A stretch of DNA of 64,000 nt from Gemmatimonadota bacterium. Lineage in GTDB: Bacteria; Gemmatimonadota; Gemmatimonadetes; Gemmatimonadales; GWC2-71-9. A program made the position numbers and the translations under genes. This document shows, piece after piece, positions 51,491 to 61,659 of this stretch. Position 1 is the first letter of the stretch. Every line of letters begins with the position of its first letter. Under the pieces are notes generated by a model. That model worked only from the letters and a program-made list of their open reading frames with translations, did no database searches and had not been told where the DNA came from. Location: contig JBDHKN010000005.1 of NCBI GenBank assembly GCA_039586365.1, forward strand, positions 1 through 64,000, written 5' to 3'.

Positions 51491-52738
51491 TCACATTCCG
51501 AACTTTGCTTCGATTCCCTTCTTGTCCAACCCGAGGATCCCGTAGTTGTCGCCAACCTTGTTGAAGGCCTCGAGTGCTCGCTGCAACATCGAGACGTCGT
51601 GGTCAGCCGACAGCTGAGTTCTGATACGGGCCTGCCCCTGGGGCACCACCGGGAAGAAGAACCCTATGACGTATACACCCTCGTCATAGAGGTCTCGGGC
51701 GAAGTCCTGGCTCAGCTTGGCGTTGAACAGCATCACTGGGACGATGGGGCTCTCACCTTGCTTAATCACGAAGCCAGCATCAGTCAGTTCCTTGCGCCAG
51801 AACTTCGTGTTCTCCTCCAATCTGTCGCGACGCTCTGTGCTGCGGTTGACAATCTCGAGGACCTTGAGAGCTCCCGCAACCAGTGGAGGGGCCATGGTAT
51901 TGCTGAACAGGTACGGCCGCGCTCGTTGGCGGCAAAGTTCCACCAATTCTCTGCGCCCCGAGACACACCCACCAGACGCTCCACCCAGAGCCTTGCCGAG
52001 CGTCGTAGTGATCACGTCGATCCTACCCATGACACCGAAGTGCTCCGGGGTGCCACGGCCGGTCTTTCCGATGAAGCCGCTCGCATGACTGTCATCCAAG
52101 AACACCAAGGCGTCATGTTTCTCTGCTAGATCGCAGATCTGATCCAGCGGCGCCAAGTCGCCATCCATACTGAACACTCCGTCGGTCACGATCATCCTCA
52201 CGCGCTTGTCCTGATGTTCCTCCAACTTCTGCTCGAGGTGCTGCATGTTGGAGTGCTTATAGGTATCAGTCAGCGCCTTGCACAGTCGAATCCCATCCAC
52301 AATGCTGGCATGTACCAGACGGTCGGATATGATCACATCTTCCGGGCCCAGTATTGCCTCGAATACACCGGCGTTTGCATCCATACAGCTAGGAAACAGA
52401 ATCGTGTCTTCGGTACCGAGGAACGCCGAAAGCCTCTCCTCAAGTTCCCGATGAATGTCCTGCGTGCCACAAATGAACCTGACACTCGAAAGGCCGTAGC
52501 CGCGTTCCTCTAGCGCCCTGTGTGCTGCCTCTATGACTTCTGTATGAGAGGATAGGCCCAGGTAGTTGTTCGCGCATAGGTTCACGACCGACCTCAGTTC
52601 TGCGCCGGATGGAAATTCCACTCGAATGTTGGCGGACTGAGGCGAGTGAATGAAGCGCTCTTCCTTGTACAGCCCCTGGTCGCGAATGGAGTTCAGCTGA
52701 GCTTCATACGATTCCCTGAGTGAACCTCGATAGGCCAT
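51491..52738 (-). CDS. kbl: Glycine C-acetyltransferase (2-amino-3-ketobutyrate CoA ligase)-type alpha-oxoamine synthase
   Basis: CANNYLGL, SSVRFICGTQDIH, HASIVDG, DGVFSMDG, DDSH, TLGKALGG, RPYLFSN, PVVP.GQARIRTQ. Confidence 0.88.
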   Translation of the reverse strand: MAYRGSLRESYEAQLNSIRDQGLYKEERFIHSPQSANIRVEFPSGAELRSVVNLCANNYLGLSSHTEVIEAAHRALEERGYGLSSVRFICGTQDIHRELEERLSAFLGTEDTILFPSCMDANAGVFEAILGPEDVIISDRLVHASIVDGIRLCKALTDTYKHSNMQHLEQKLEEHQDKRVRMIVTDGVFSMDGDLAPLDQICDLAEKHDALVFLDDSHASGFIGKTGRGTPEHFGVMGRIDVITTTLGKALGGASGGCVSGRRELVELCRQRARPYLFSNTMAPPLVAGALKVLEIVNRSTERRDRLEENTKFWRKELTDAGFVIKQGESPIVPVMLFNAKLSQDFARDLYDEGVYVIGFFFPVVPQGQARIRTQLSADHDVSMLQRALEAFNKVGDNYGILGLDKKGIEAKFGM

Positions 52739-52739
52739 C

Positions 52740-52988
52740 TCACTCCCCTCCCTGGTGTTTCTTCACGACACGGACGATGTTCTTCACGGTGTCAAACGCT
52801 TCAGCAGATGCCTCTTCGTCGGAGATCGAGATATTGTACTTCTTCTCGAGAAATCGCTTCAAGCTAACCATGCTGAAGCTGTCGACTATACCGCTCGATA
52901 TCAGGGGAGTGTTCTCGTCGAGTTCTGTGTCCTCGTCGTCGTCTTCGAGGTATTCGTTGCGAATGTATTCCAAGACCACTGTTTCCAT
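52740..52988 (-). CDS. Acyl carrier protein
   Basis: Acidic 82 aa; LISSGIVDSFSMVSL (phosphopantetheine Ser); GAGGAGG RBS. Confidence 0.9.
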   Translation of the reverse strand: METVVLEYIRNEYLEDDDEDTELDENTPLISSGIVDSFSMVSLKRFLEKKYNISISDEEASAEAFDTVKNIVRVVKKHQGGE

Positions 52989-53059
52989 CGGTTCCTCCTC
53001 ATCACATTGAATCAATCAGCGACCGAGGGTCATGCACTACAGACAGCGAAGGGGACATT

Positions 53060-53440
53060 TCACGCTCTCTCCAACACCACTACGGCCCCTGCGTACTCGC
53101 GCTCGTGGCTGAGGCACAGATGGATTCTGCCAACTCCAAGGGCATTTGCCACCCTCTCGGCCTCTCCTCGGAGCCGTAGCCGTGGTGTTCCCCTGCCATC
53201 CCACGCCACCTTGATATCGTGCCACGACAGCCTGCCAAACAGACCCGTTCCGAGAGACTTGGACAACGCTTCCTTGGCCGCAAAGACCGCGGCGTATGAC
53301 GAGAATGGATGTGGTTGCGTTTGGCAGTTGGCAATCTCGTCAGCTGACAAGAACCCCTCCAAGAATCCCTCACCATGGCGAGTGACTCCGTCTCTCATCC
53401 GTGCGATCTCAGCCAAGTCAATCCCAATGCCTACAATCAT
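53060..53440 (-). CDS. acpS: Holo-ACP synthase (AcpS-type PPTase)
   Basis: GIGIDL, FAAKEALSKSLGTG, G.P, LSHEREYA. Confidence 0.92.
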   Translation of the reverse strand: MIVGIGIDLAEIARMRDGVTRHGEGFLEGFLSADEIANCQTQPHPFSSYAAVFAAKEALSKSLGTGLFGRLSWHDIKVAWDGRGTPRLRLRGEAERVANALGVGRIHLCLSHEREYAGAVVVLERA

Positions 53441-54041
53441 CTTGCGCGACTCACTCCGACTCGAGCCCCTGAGCGTTCACGGTCGAGCGCAGTCTCTCGG
53501 TCCGAAACTACACGGAAAAGACATATTCTGGCACCACCACAAGCAGCATTTGTAGATGAGATATCGGCGGCTGGCAGGGAGGATGAGACTCCCGATATGA
53601 GTGTGAGGCCTGTCAGCGACCGCCACATAATCCATATATATGGGACCCAGAGGCGGCCCGCTCGGGCCGCTACGTAGAGTGAGCGCTCACATATGGCAGT
53701 CAGAGGCAGAGGCGCGACCGCACAATGTTCCTGACGCGTCTCGATTGAGGTTTGCCATGGCCACATTCCGAAGTCCAACCGCACCTCAAGTAGTTTCGCG
53801 ATTTCAGGACTTAACCCTCACGCTGGCAACACACTACAGCGTACGGCTGTGCCACCATTAGGGGTCGCGTTTTTTGGCTGGAAGTTCTATTTTGGGAGGC
53901 GTTGTTTGTTGGTGCCGCGGGGATGTGACTCGCAGCACTGACGCAGACCGTAACGCTGATAGTGTTATGAAGCGCAGTGCCGAGCCGCACTGCTTATTGA
54001 CGCGGAACACTGGGATCGAGCCACATACGGAGGTTAGGCTG

Positions 54042-54692
54042 ATGCGGAGACTGTCCAGGGGTTTACTAGCTGTCGTGTTACTCGCGCTTGCGAGCGCGCC
54101 GGCCTCCGCCCAAACGGACGCGTGGAAAAACCGATGGTACTGGGGAGCACAGGGCGGGGCATTCATTTTCCAGACCGCCACGGCCGACTTCAAACGTGCG
54201 TTCAGCTACGGAGGGCACTGGCTCATCACGGCAAACCGTGTCGGCCTGCTCCTTAGCTTTGATCAGCTCAGCTTCAGGACCGGTACTACATCGGCGATCT
54301 CGGACTTCTCCGGTGTCCGCACCGTTGCATTCACGGCTGGTCGCGTAATCGGAGGTGAGCTTGTCGCGATGCCGACCATCGGGGACCTCATTTTTATGGG
54401 AGGCTTCGGGGTTAACATCTATCAGATCACCAACGCCGTGGCAGGTGGCTCATTCTCCTCACCCGCTGAGGAGGCATTGGTCGCTCAATTGGTGGAAGAC
54501 GCGGCCAGCAAAGCGATGGCGCGGATAAGTGCGGGTGTCCAGTACAACTACGAGAGGTGGGGTTTTTTTGCCACGTACACCCTCATCACGCAGGCACGTG
54601 ATTTTCTGATCACCTCCGAACAGCATCGGCTAAGTGGCGGGCTGCGCTACGCTATCACCGCTTCCAGCGAGGCCTTCGATACGGCGCGCTGA
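54042..54692 (+). CDS. Hypothetical secreted beta-barrel-like protein
   Basis: GGAGG RBS; signal peptide (ASA-Q); amphipathic strands; followed by a terminator. Confidence 0.65.
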   Translation: MRRLSRGLLAVVLLALASAPASAQTDAWKNRWYWGAQGGAFIFQTATADFKRAFSYGGHWLITANRVGLLLSFDQLSFRTGTTSAISDFSGVRTVAFTAGRVIGGELVAMPTIGDLIFMGGFGVNIYQITNAVAGGSFSSPAEEALVAQLVEDAASKAMARISAGVQYNYERWGFFATYTLITQARDFLITSEQHRLSGGLRYAITASSEAFDTAR

Positions 54693-54715
54693 GGATCCGG
54701 TCAATCGTACGTCAC

Positions 54716-54750
54716 GGGCGTGGGTGTCATCACCCACGCCCTTCTTTTTT
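54716..54750 (+). terminator. Intrinsic terminator
   Basis: GGGCGTGGGTG-TCAT-CACCCACGCCC-TTCTTTTT; overlaps the stop of the convergent mpg gene. Confidence 0.85.
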
Positions 54751-55356
54751 CAACCCCATTCCCGACCGTTCAGGCCGCGAAAGCCAAGGCGAACCCTGCT
54801 GCATGAATCGGAGCAGCCACGTCTCCGCCCGTGACACGCCGATACGCGGTCCGGCCACTACGGGCAGCGACTTCCTGACAGGAGGATGCAAGATCCTGAC
54901 GGGTCCAGTCACTAACGAAGCGCCGTTCAAAGAACCCGTGATACCCAGTGACTTACACAGCCGTGCGGGGCCAGAACAAAGCGCCTTCATGCTGTCCAGA
55001 CCGCGGCGTGCCCGCATCACTCCAATTCCGCACACAGGCTCCAGTGCGCGAATCAGCACTGCAGTGGGATTACCAGCTCGTTCCGTTACCGCATTCAAGC
55101 ACCAGTGCATCCCGTATATGAAATAGACGTAGGAAACGCCTGGTGACCCGAACAGCACCGCGTTGCGCGCAGTCCTCTTGTTTCCGTACCCGTGATCAGC
55201 GGGATCCTCGGCACCAACATATGCCTCCACTTCCACTATGCGTCCGCCCGTGCGGTGTCCCTCTACATGGCTTTCCAGGACACATCCTAACAAATCGCGC
55301 GCGACACTCACGGTGTCGCGCGCGTAGAAGTCGAGCGGGAGCGGCTCTCCGCTCAT
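54730..55356 (-). CDS. mpg: DNA-3-methyladenine glycosylase (MPG/AAG family)
   Basis: VARDLLG, GRIVEVEAY, YVYFIYGMHWCLN, AVLIRALEP, GPARLC, RIGV. Confidence 0.93.
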   Translation of the reverse strand: MSGEPLPLDFYARDTVSVARDLLGCVLESHVEGHRTGGRIVEVEAYVGAEDPADHGYGNKRTARNAVLFGSPGVSYVYFIYGMHWCLNAVTERAGNPTAVLIRALEPVCGIGVMRARRGLDSMKALCSGPARLCKSLGITGSLNGASLVTGPVRILHPPVRKSLPVVAGPRIGVSRAETWLLRFMQQGSPWLSRPERSGMGLKKEGRG

Positions 55357-55368
55357 TCAACGAACCTA

Positions 55369-57507
55369 CTACCTGTCTGAGTCCTCATCCTCCCCAGGCT
55401 CTGACCCTTGCATGGCACGTTGCAGCGCCGTGGTGATCCTCTTGAGGAAACCACGCCCCTCTGCAGACGACCCATCGGACATTGCGTCTCCGGACGACGC
55501 ACTCGGTGGAACGGCAGCACCAAGGGGCGGGCTGGGAGCAACTGTCGCAGTAGGTGACCCGTGCTCTAGGGGCTGACTGGGCATTTGCTCCTGCACGGGC
55601 TCCGGCCTGGGAGAGCCAGTATCGGTTGTCCTCCTACCCCTACTTCCCTTTCGAACGCCCAACGTACGGCCCTTCGCCTCCTGTCGAGTGACCGCGGACG
55701 CAGTGGAAAGGGTGACCGAGGGAACGTCCTGCTTGTCATCTTGCGTCTCAGCAACGGGAGGCCGTGGTGCCGCACCGCGGGATCCCCGTCGGAATCGTGG
55801 GTTGCGCCTTGGAGTCGTGCCCACTTCAGTTGACGCCACGACGCTGGCTGTTGAATCATGCTGCGACCCGGATTGACGAGGTGACGGCTCGGCGAGCTCG
55901 CCATTCTTGGCAGAGGTCCGCGCCTTTGATCTAGGCGAACGTTTGGTTGCAGTCCTCGGTCGCCGAGTTGAGCGCTTGGCCGGGCTGGGCGCCTCATCAG
56001 CAACCGACTTCCCTGTGGCAGCACCCTCATGTGACGCGAGCTCGGCTGCACCTTCGTCACCCTTAGGTTCGTCCTTGGAAACCCGCAGCCCAGTGGTTCG
56101 TGGGACTGTCTTGCGGCGTGGTGGTTTCGCAGCCTCTTCACCCTGTTTCTCCGATTTCACCGCCACCTCACCCCCGGCTACAGCTTCACCGCTTTCAGGC
56201 GCATCCTTCTTCTTGGCCCTCGATTTGGCGGATTTACGAGTTGTAGCACGAGCCCGGCGTGCCGGTTTCTTCGTTTCCACAATTTCAGTGACTGGTTCCT
56301 GCGACTCCGACTCCGCAACCACGTCGACTGCATCAGTGCCCGGCTCGGGAACACCCACTGCCTCGGCTACAGGAGCCAACCTCAGCTGGTAACCCTCGTC
56401 GTCCCTCTTGATAAGATCAATAATCCCGGCATCATGGGCCTGTCGCAGCATTCGCAAAAAACGCTTTGGCTCAAAAGCTGGTTCCGCCTTGTTGCCTGAC
56501 AGCTCCGTCAACTTGTCCCGAGCCCGATCAGCGTCGGTAGACTCAGCGCCCACTGCACCGAGCGCCACCAATGTTTGACGTAGCAGCTCGAAGCTCTCGC
56601 TCAGGGTGAGACTGGGTGCAGCAGCTGCTTCCGCTGCTCTGCGAGGACCCCGCAGTCGGGACTTGTCATCACTGGCTCTGTCACCGCCGACTTGTGGCAC
56701 TGACACCGGCTCTTGGGCGTGTGGCACGTTGGCGTTGGCGCCAATCTCAATGGCGTATTGGCCGTTATCCATCTTGGCCAGCTTGACCAAGCCACGCTGA
56801 CCCGCCGCCACAACGAACTTGCTAAACCTATTGTACCCCGCATCACGTTCGTCGAAGTTGGGATCCAGCGTTTGCATAACCTGTTTGAGACGGTCTGACC
56901 GCATCACGTCGCCGTCTCTCTGCATCCGCTGTACCGCTTCAACGACGAGTTGCCAGGGGTCTTTGCGAACGTGCTCGACCTCACGTTCCTTAGCCAATCC
57001 CGTCAATTCGTTGTAACTGTAGTACTCGTCGCAGTTCTGCACGAGCAGGTCGCTTGCAGACTCTCGTATTCCGACGCCGATTACGAACTTGCCGTATTCC
57101 TTCAGCTTCAGAACCAATGCCGAGAAGTCGGAGTCTCCTGACAGCAGGATGAAGGTGCCGATCTCGGGACGGATGAAGACAAGCTCGAGCGCATCAATAG
57201 CCAGCCGGATATCGGTTGCGTTCTTCTTGTTCGCACCGAATGCCGGCGCGAAGATGAGATCAATGGAAGCTTCGGATAGCGGGACTATGTACTGAGGGTA
57301 GCGCCGCCAGTCAGCATACGCTCGCTGGACCGAAACTTTGCCCTTGATGATGTCTGAATTTAGTAGTTTGCGAAGCTGATTCTGAAGATCCGAGCGGATC
57401 CCCAGCGTCACATTATCAAAATCGATCAGCAGCGCAGCATTGGGAGCATCGCCCAATGACTCCGACCGGGCGGATCGCTGCGACCGCCCGACTATGGTTT
57501 CTCTCAC
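55369..57507 (-). CDS. NYN-domain ribonuclease-like protein with OST-HTH/LOTUS-like domains and a long low-complexity tail
   Basis: [58 protein letters not shown]. Confidence 0.85.
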   Translation of the reverse strand: MRETIVGRSQRSARSESLGDAPNAALLIDFDNVTLGIRSDLQNQLRKLLNSDIIKGKVSVQRAYADWRRYPQYIVPLSEASIDLIFAPAFGANKKNATDIRLAIDALELVFIRPEIGTFILLSGDSDFSALVLKLKEYGKFVIGVGIRESASDLLVQNCDEYYSYNELTGLAKEREVEHVRKDPWQLVVEAVQRMQRDGDVMRSDRLKQVMQTLDPNFDERDAGYNRFSKFVVAAGQRGLVKLAKMDNGQYAIEIGANANVPHAQEPVSVPQVGGDRASDDKSRLRGPRRAAEAAAAPSLTLSESFELLRQTLVALGAVGAESTDADRARDKLTELSGNKAEPAFEPKRFLRMLRQAHDAGIIDLIKRDDEGYQLRLAPVAEAVGVPEPGTDAVDVVAESESQEPVTEIVETKKPARRARATTRKSAKSRAKKKDAPESGEAVAGGEVAVKSEKQGEEAAKPPRRKTVPRTTGLRVSKDEPKGDEGAAELASHEGAATGKSVADEAPSPAKRSTRRPRTATKRSPRSKARTSAKNGELAEPSPRQSGSQHDSTASVVASTEVGTTPRRNPRFRRGSRGAAPRPPVAETQDDKQDVPSVTLSTASAVTRQEAKGRTLGVRKGSRGRRTTDTGSPRPEPVQEQMPSQPLEHGSPTATVAPSPPLGAAVPPSASSGDAMSDGSSAEGRGFLKRITTALQRAMQGSEPGEDEDSDR

Positions 57508-59111
57508 GTGGCACTCAGTTCCAGCCCGACAACCTGCGTCAGCTCTCTTCGCTTCACCTTCCCGCTCCCGGTAAGAGGGAAAGTGTCGAAGAAGCGAACC
57601 AGGTCCGGTACCTTGTAGTCAGCCACCTGATCACGGACAAAATCTCTCAATTCGTCTCCCGTGATGATGGCACCTTCCACCGGTATGACACACGCGCATG
57701 CTAACTCACCGAGAATCTCGTTCGGCACACCAACCACACATGCATCATCGACCGCTGGGTGCGTGCGGAGGACATCCTCCAGCTCGCGCGGAAAGATCTT
57801 GTAGCCGCCACGAATGATCATAGCACTGCGGCGGCCCACAATCGTCACGTACCCACGCTCATCCACAATCGCCAGGTCTCCCGTCAGGAAGAAGCCATCC
57901 TCCGTGAACGATCGTTTGGTCTCCGTCGGCATGCGGTAATATCCCGCCATGACGTTGGGACCCTTGACTGCCAGTTCGCCCACGGCTTCTGGACCGTGCA
58001 GTTCACCCGTCCTGACATCCACCACCTTCACTTGAACTCCATCCAGGGGCCGCCCAACGGTATGTGTGCGCGAGTCTGGTGGGTCGTCATCGCGCGTGAT
58101 GGTCACCGTTGATGCAGCCTCTGTTAGCCCGTAGGCGATCTGAATGTTGCACCACCGTCTGAGCCTTTGTACCAGGTTATCGGATACCGGGCTTCCGGCC
58201 ACGATACCGGTTCTCACGGTGGTGAGCTTGCGGCCCCTGAATGCTGGATCGCGCATCAGAAGCTCGAACATGGTGGGCACTCCGGGGCAGACCGTTATCC
58301 CCTCGGATTCGATGAGGTTGAGAGTCGCAGCGGGGTCAAAACGATCCTGCAGGACGATTGTACCACCCCGCAAGAGCGTTGCAATACCCATGTGCGCCCC
58401 GAACGCTGTGAACAGCGGCACCGACAGCAGGACCCGGTCAGACTCCGACAACTTCAACACATCGCCGGTTCCCTGCGTCGTCGCCGTCAGATTCCGGTGC
58501 GTGAGAACAACCCCCTTAGGCTTGCCCATCGTACCGGACGTGTAGATAATCGCAAGCGTCGCAGACTCCGGATCCAGTGCTGCGGGCTTGGCGTCAACTC
58601 GCCGCCCTCGCCTTAGCAGGTTGCTGAACCGAAACACCCTGTCGTCATACCAGAAATCCTCCTGACCGGCCAAGACCAGGTACTGCAGATCCGGCAACTC
58701 GGTGATCAGCTCGTCGAAAACCTCGAGATAATCCATTTCACCCAGAGACTCCACTGCCACGGCCAGACTGGCCTCAGCGTGTCGCAGCTGATACTTGAGA
58801 TCGCGGTAGCCTAGGGAAGGGTTCAGCGGAACGAGAACTGCACCCAGCCTTGCCGCTGCCAGCATGGTGATTATCCACTCTGGCCGGTTGGGAAGATCGA
58901 CGGCGATACGGTCGCCCGCCTCGATCCCTAGATCCAGGAACGACGCAGCCAACGCCGTGGAGTCAGCATTGACCTGATCATACGTCAGTTTGCGTGATCC
59001 GAGGACCAAGCACTCGCGGTCGGGGTGCTGTTGCGCCCGCTGGGCAAACAGATCCGCCAGGGCGTGCGTCGTCAAATAGACCCTCTCTCCTACACGTCGA
59101 GAATCATTCAA
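57504..59111 (-). CDS. Class I adenylate-forming enzyme (acyl-CoA synthetase-like)
   Basis: [37 protein letters not shown]. Confidence 0.9.
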   Translation of the reverse strand: MNDSRRVGERVYLTTHALADLFAQRAQQHPDRECLVLGSRKLTYDQVNADSTALAASFLDLGIEAGDRIAVDLPNRPEWIITMLAAARLGAVLVPLNPSLGYRDLKYQLRHAEASLAVAVESLGEMDYLEVFDELITELPDLQYLVLAGQEDFWYDDRVFRFSNLLRRGRRVDAKPAALDPESATLAIIYTSGTMGKPKGVVLTHRNLTATTQGTGDVLKLSESDRVLLSVPLFTAFGAHMGIATLLRGGTIVLQDRFDPAATLNLIESEGITVCPGVPTMFELLMRDPAFRGRKLTTVRTGIVAGSPVSDNLVQRLRRWCNIQIAYGLTEAASTVTITRDDDPPDSRTHTVGRPLDGVQVKVVDVRTGELHGPEAVGELAVKGPNVMAGYYRMPTETKRSFTEDGFFLTGDLAIVDERGYVTIVGRRSAMIIRGGYKIFPRELEDVLRTHPAVDDACVVGVPNEILGELACACVIPVEGAIITGDELRDFVRDQVADYKVPDLVRFFDTFPLTGSGKVKRRELTQVVGLELSAT

Positions 59112-59237
59112 GATACCGACTGTGCGGTCGGGCTACAACCGACGAAGCCGCCAATGATACAGAGTGGCAGGAGTGGCGGTGGGGAGGGGGGCGCCAGAAC
59201 GGCCGGCCGATGTTGCTGCCAACCCGGTCCCTCTCAC

Positions 59238-59657
59238 TTACTCTCCTAGTACCTTCACAATCACCCGTTTGCGTCGCTTGCCGTCCCACTCACCATAGAA
59301 GATCCGCTGCCACGGCCCCAGATCCAAATCACCTTCCGTTATGGGCACAATTGCTTCATGACCGATGGTCAGACTTCGCAGGTGTGCCGCACCGTTATCC
59401 TCCCCAGTCATGTTGTGGCGGTACCGCTTGGGATCCCATGGAGCCACCGTTTCCTCCAGCCATTTCAGGATGTCCTGCCACAGACCGGATTCATGGTCGT
59501 TGACGAAGACTGAGGCGGTGATGTGCATTGCAGAGACCAAGACAAAGCCTTCCCCAACACCGCTCTCCCTAACCTGCTCGGCGACTTCATCCGTGATGTC
59601 GACGAGCTCCTGACGGTTCTTGGTGTTGAACCACAAGTAGTGAGTGTGGGACTTCAT
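59238..59657 (-). CDS. yjbQ: YjbQ (UPF0047) family protein
   Basis: [53 protein letters not shown]. Confidence 0.9.
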   Translation of the reverse strand: MKSHTHYLWFNTKNRQELVDITDEVAEQVRESGVGEGFVLVSAMHITASVFVNDHESGLWQDILKWLEETVAPWDPKRYRHNMTGEDNGAAHLRSLTIGHEAIVPITEGDLDLGPWQRIFYGEWDGKRRKRVIVKVLGE

Positions 59658-59782
59658 ATGGCCTCCGACGGCCACGGTTGGTATGAATAGAGACGGAAGG
59701 GGAGACAGGATCAGCGGTTACATCGATCTTCGTCCGTCTTCCTCCTTTCCCCGCTCTTCAGCCTCGCATGTCGCCGCTTCGA

Positions 59783-60334
59783 TCAGGCCCTCGCCAACTC
59801 ATGTAGAGTACCGGCCCCATAGAACATGCGTATGTACTTTGCCTGCACAGGTGTCAACTTGCGGACGGCCCAAGTTAGGTATACGAAGTGAGGCTCCACA
59901 GGCCGCTTGAGAGGATGCATCCCGCACTGCTCCGGCAGTCGGTTGCCCTTTCTCGTGTTGCAGGTGGAACAGGCCGTCATGACATTGGTCCAATCGTTCG
60001 TGCCGCCGCGCGACAACGGGACCAGATGGTCGCGCGTGAGACATTCACGGAACTTGAACTCGCTCTGGCTGCGACCACAATATTGGCAGGTGTAGTTATC
60101 TCGAGCGAACAAGAACGTGTTGGTCACCTGGCGGCGGAACTTGCGGGGCACGTGAATGAACCTGACGAGCCGAATAACGGTGGGTTTTGGCACCGACAGT
60201 CTAGCGCTGCGGATAAACCGTTTGCCATCTGACTCGACGATCTCTGCCTTCCCGTCCAGGACCAGCCGCAGCGCCCGCCGGACCGGCACGAGTGTCAAGG
60301 GTTCAAATGACGCGTTGAGGGCTAGGCAGCGCAC
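59783..60334 (-). CDS. Stand-alone HNH endonuclease
   Basis: CLALNASFEPL, LFARDNYTCQYCG, TRDHLVPLSRGG, CSTCNTRKG; GTG start at 60334 preferred. Confidence 0.88.
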   Translation of the reverse strand: MRCLALNASFEPLTLVPVRRALRLVLDGKAEIVESDGKRFIRSARLSVPKPTVIRLVRFIHVPRKFRRQVTNTFLFARDNYTCQYCGRSQSEFKFRECLTRDHLVPLSRGGTNDWTNVMTACSTCNTRKGNRLPEQCGMHPLKRPVEPHFVYLTWAVRKLTPVQAKYIRMFYGAGTLHELARA

Positions 60335-60687
60335 TATGGCCCCCGGTTCAAGTACACAACAGCCCGTGGCTCCACGGGAGAGCCCCCGGGTCAGCACAGC
60401 GTTGCCTAATTGTACCGAACGCTGTAAGACGCTGCAATAGGGGAGCTTGTGGAACACATGACTGTTACGATCGGTAACCAGGCGAGGCTCGCGAGCCCAA
60501 ATCGAGGGGCACATCGCAGGCCACATGACTTCGGAGGGCCTGACCTCGGGGGCCAAAAAGATCCCAGTAGCAGGGTTCGAGCCGAGCCGGCGTCCAGCTC
60601 AGAAAGGCCAGCCGAATTCGCGGAGTTCCCGCTGATCACGACGACTGAACCTACCGCGATTTTGGCACCCTGCAAGATGGCTGACTG

Positions 60688-61656
60688 GTGAGGAAGCCAG
60701 TAGTCGTTTGGCTGATCCTGTCCCTGATTTGGGGCTCCACCTGGCTCTTCATCAAAGTCGGCCTGGAAGACCTCGAGCCATTTACGTTTGCGGCGTTCCG
60801 ATTCCTAGTCGCGATCCTAGCGCTGTTGCCCGTTGTGATCGTCCGACGAGTCCAGCTTCCCCAGGACGCAGCCGACTGGTGGCTCATGATCGTCTCAGGT
60901 CTCCTGACGTTCACTGTGACTTACGGGTTGGTGTTCTGGGGCGAGCAGCACATCTCTTCCGGCCTTGCAGCACTACTCTTCGGCACCTTTCCGCTCTTCG
61001 GCCTCCTCATAGCACACGTCAATCTGCCTAGTGAGCGAATGACTCTGACCAAAGTGCTGGGGGTCGTGTTAGGTATTGGTGGTATCGGCCTCGTCTTCTC
61101 CAACGAACTCTCGGTTACCGGAACAGTCGCGTTATGGGGCAGCATTGCCATCGTGGTGGCGGCGGCATGCTCAGCCTACGCCGACGTGTTGATAAAGCTC
61201 AGAGGCGGGCATCTCGATTCCTCGCTGCTCACACTGGTGCAGATGATCGCCGGCGTGATCCCGCTGATACTGATCGGCACGGTAGTAGAAGGGGATCCCC
61301 GTGATTTCACTTGGACTCCCCTGGCAGTCTTCTCCATCTTCTACCTCGGTGTGATCGGATCCGCGCTGGCCTTCGTGCTGTTCTATTGGCTCATCAAACA
61401 CATGGAAGTCACCAAGACCATGCTGCTCACGCTGGTCACACCGCTAGTCGCGGTCTCGTTGGGCGTCGTGTTGCTCGACGAGCCACTTACTTGGCGCACG
61501 ACAGCGGGCGGCACGGCAATTCTCGCAGGGCTGGCGCTCACGGTCTGGCAGGGGACAGTTGAGCTGAGAAATCGGGCCGCGTTCCTGTTCGCAAAGAAGC
61601 CGCGGGCCGTGCAACCAAGCGACGGCCCGCGGGACACAGCTTCCGGTGAGGGCTGA
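60688..61656 (+). CDS. EamA/DMT family transporter
   Basis: IWGSTWLFIK, ten TM helices in two repeats, TPLVAV.LG...LDEPL. Confidence 0.92.
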   Translation: MRKPVVVWLILSLIWGSTWLFIKVGLEDLEPFTFAAFRFLVAILALLPVVIVRRVQLPQDAADWWLMIVSGLLTFTVTYGLVFWGEQHISSGLAALLFGTFPLFGLLIAHVNLPSERMTLTKVLGVVLGIGGIGLVFSNELSVTGTVALWGSIAIVVAAACSAYADVLIKLRGGHLDSSLLTLVQMIAGVIPLILIGTVVEGDPRDFTWTPLAVFSIFYLGVIGSALAFVLFYWLIKHMEVTKTMLLTLVTPLVAVSLGVVLLDEPLTWRTTAGGTAILAGLALTVWQGTVELRNRAAFLFAKKPRAVQPSDGPRDTASGEG

Positions 61657-61659
61657 TCC

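Noticed and set aside
59783..60334. HNH gene as a mobile homing endonuclease or defence system
   Set aside because: No intron, methyltransferase or IS context; looks like the common stand-alone chromosomal HNH family
60570..60590. GGGTTCGAG resembling a tRNA T-loop
   Set aside because: Flanks do not form a T-stem or acceptor stem; no cloverleaf
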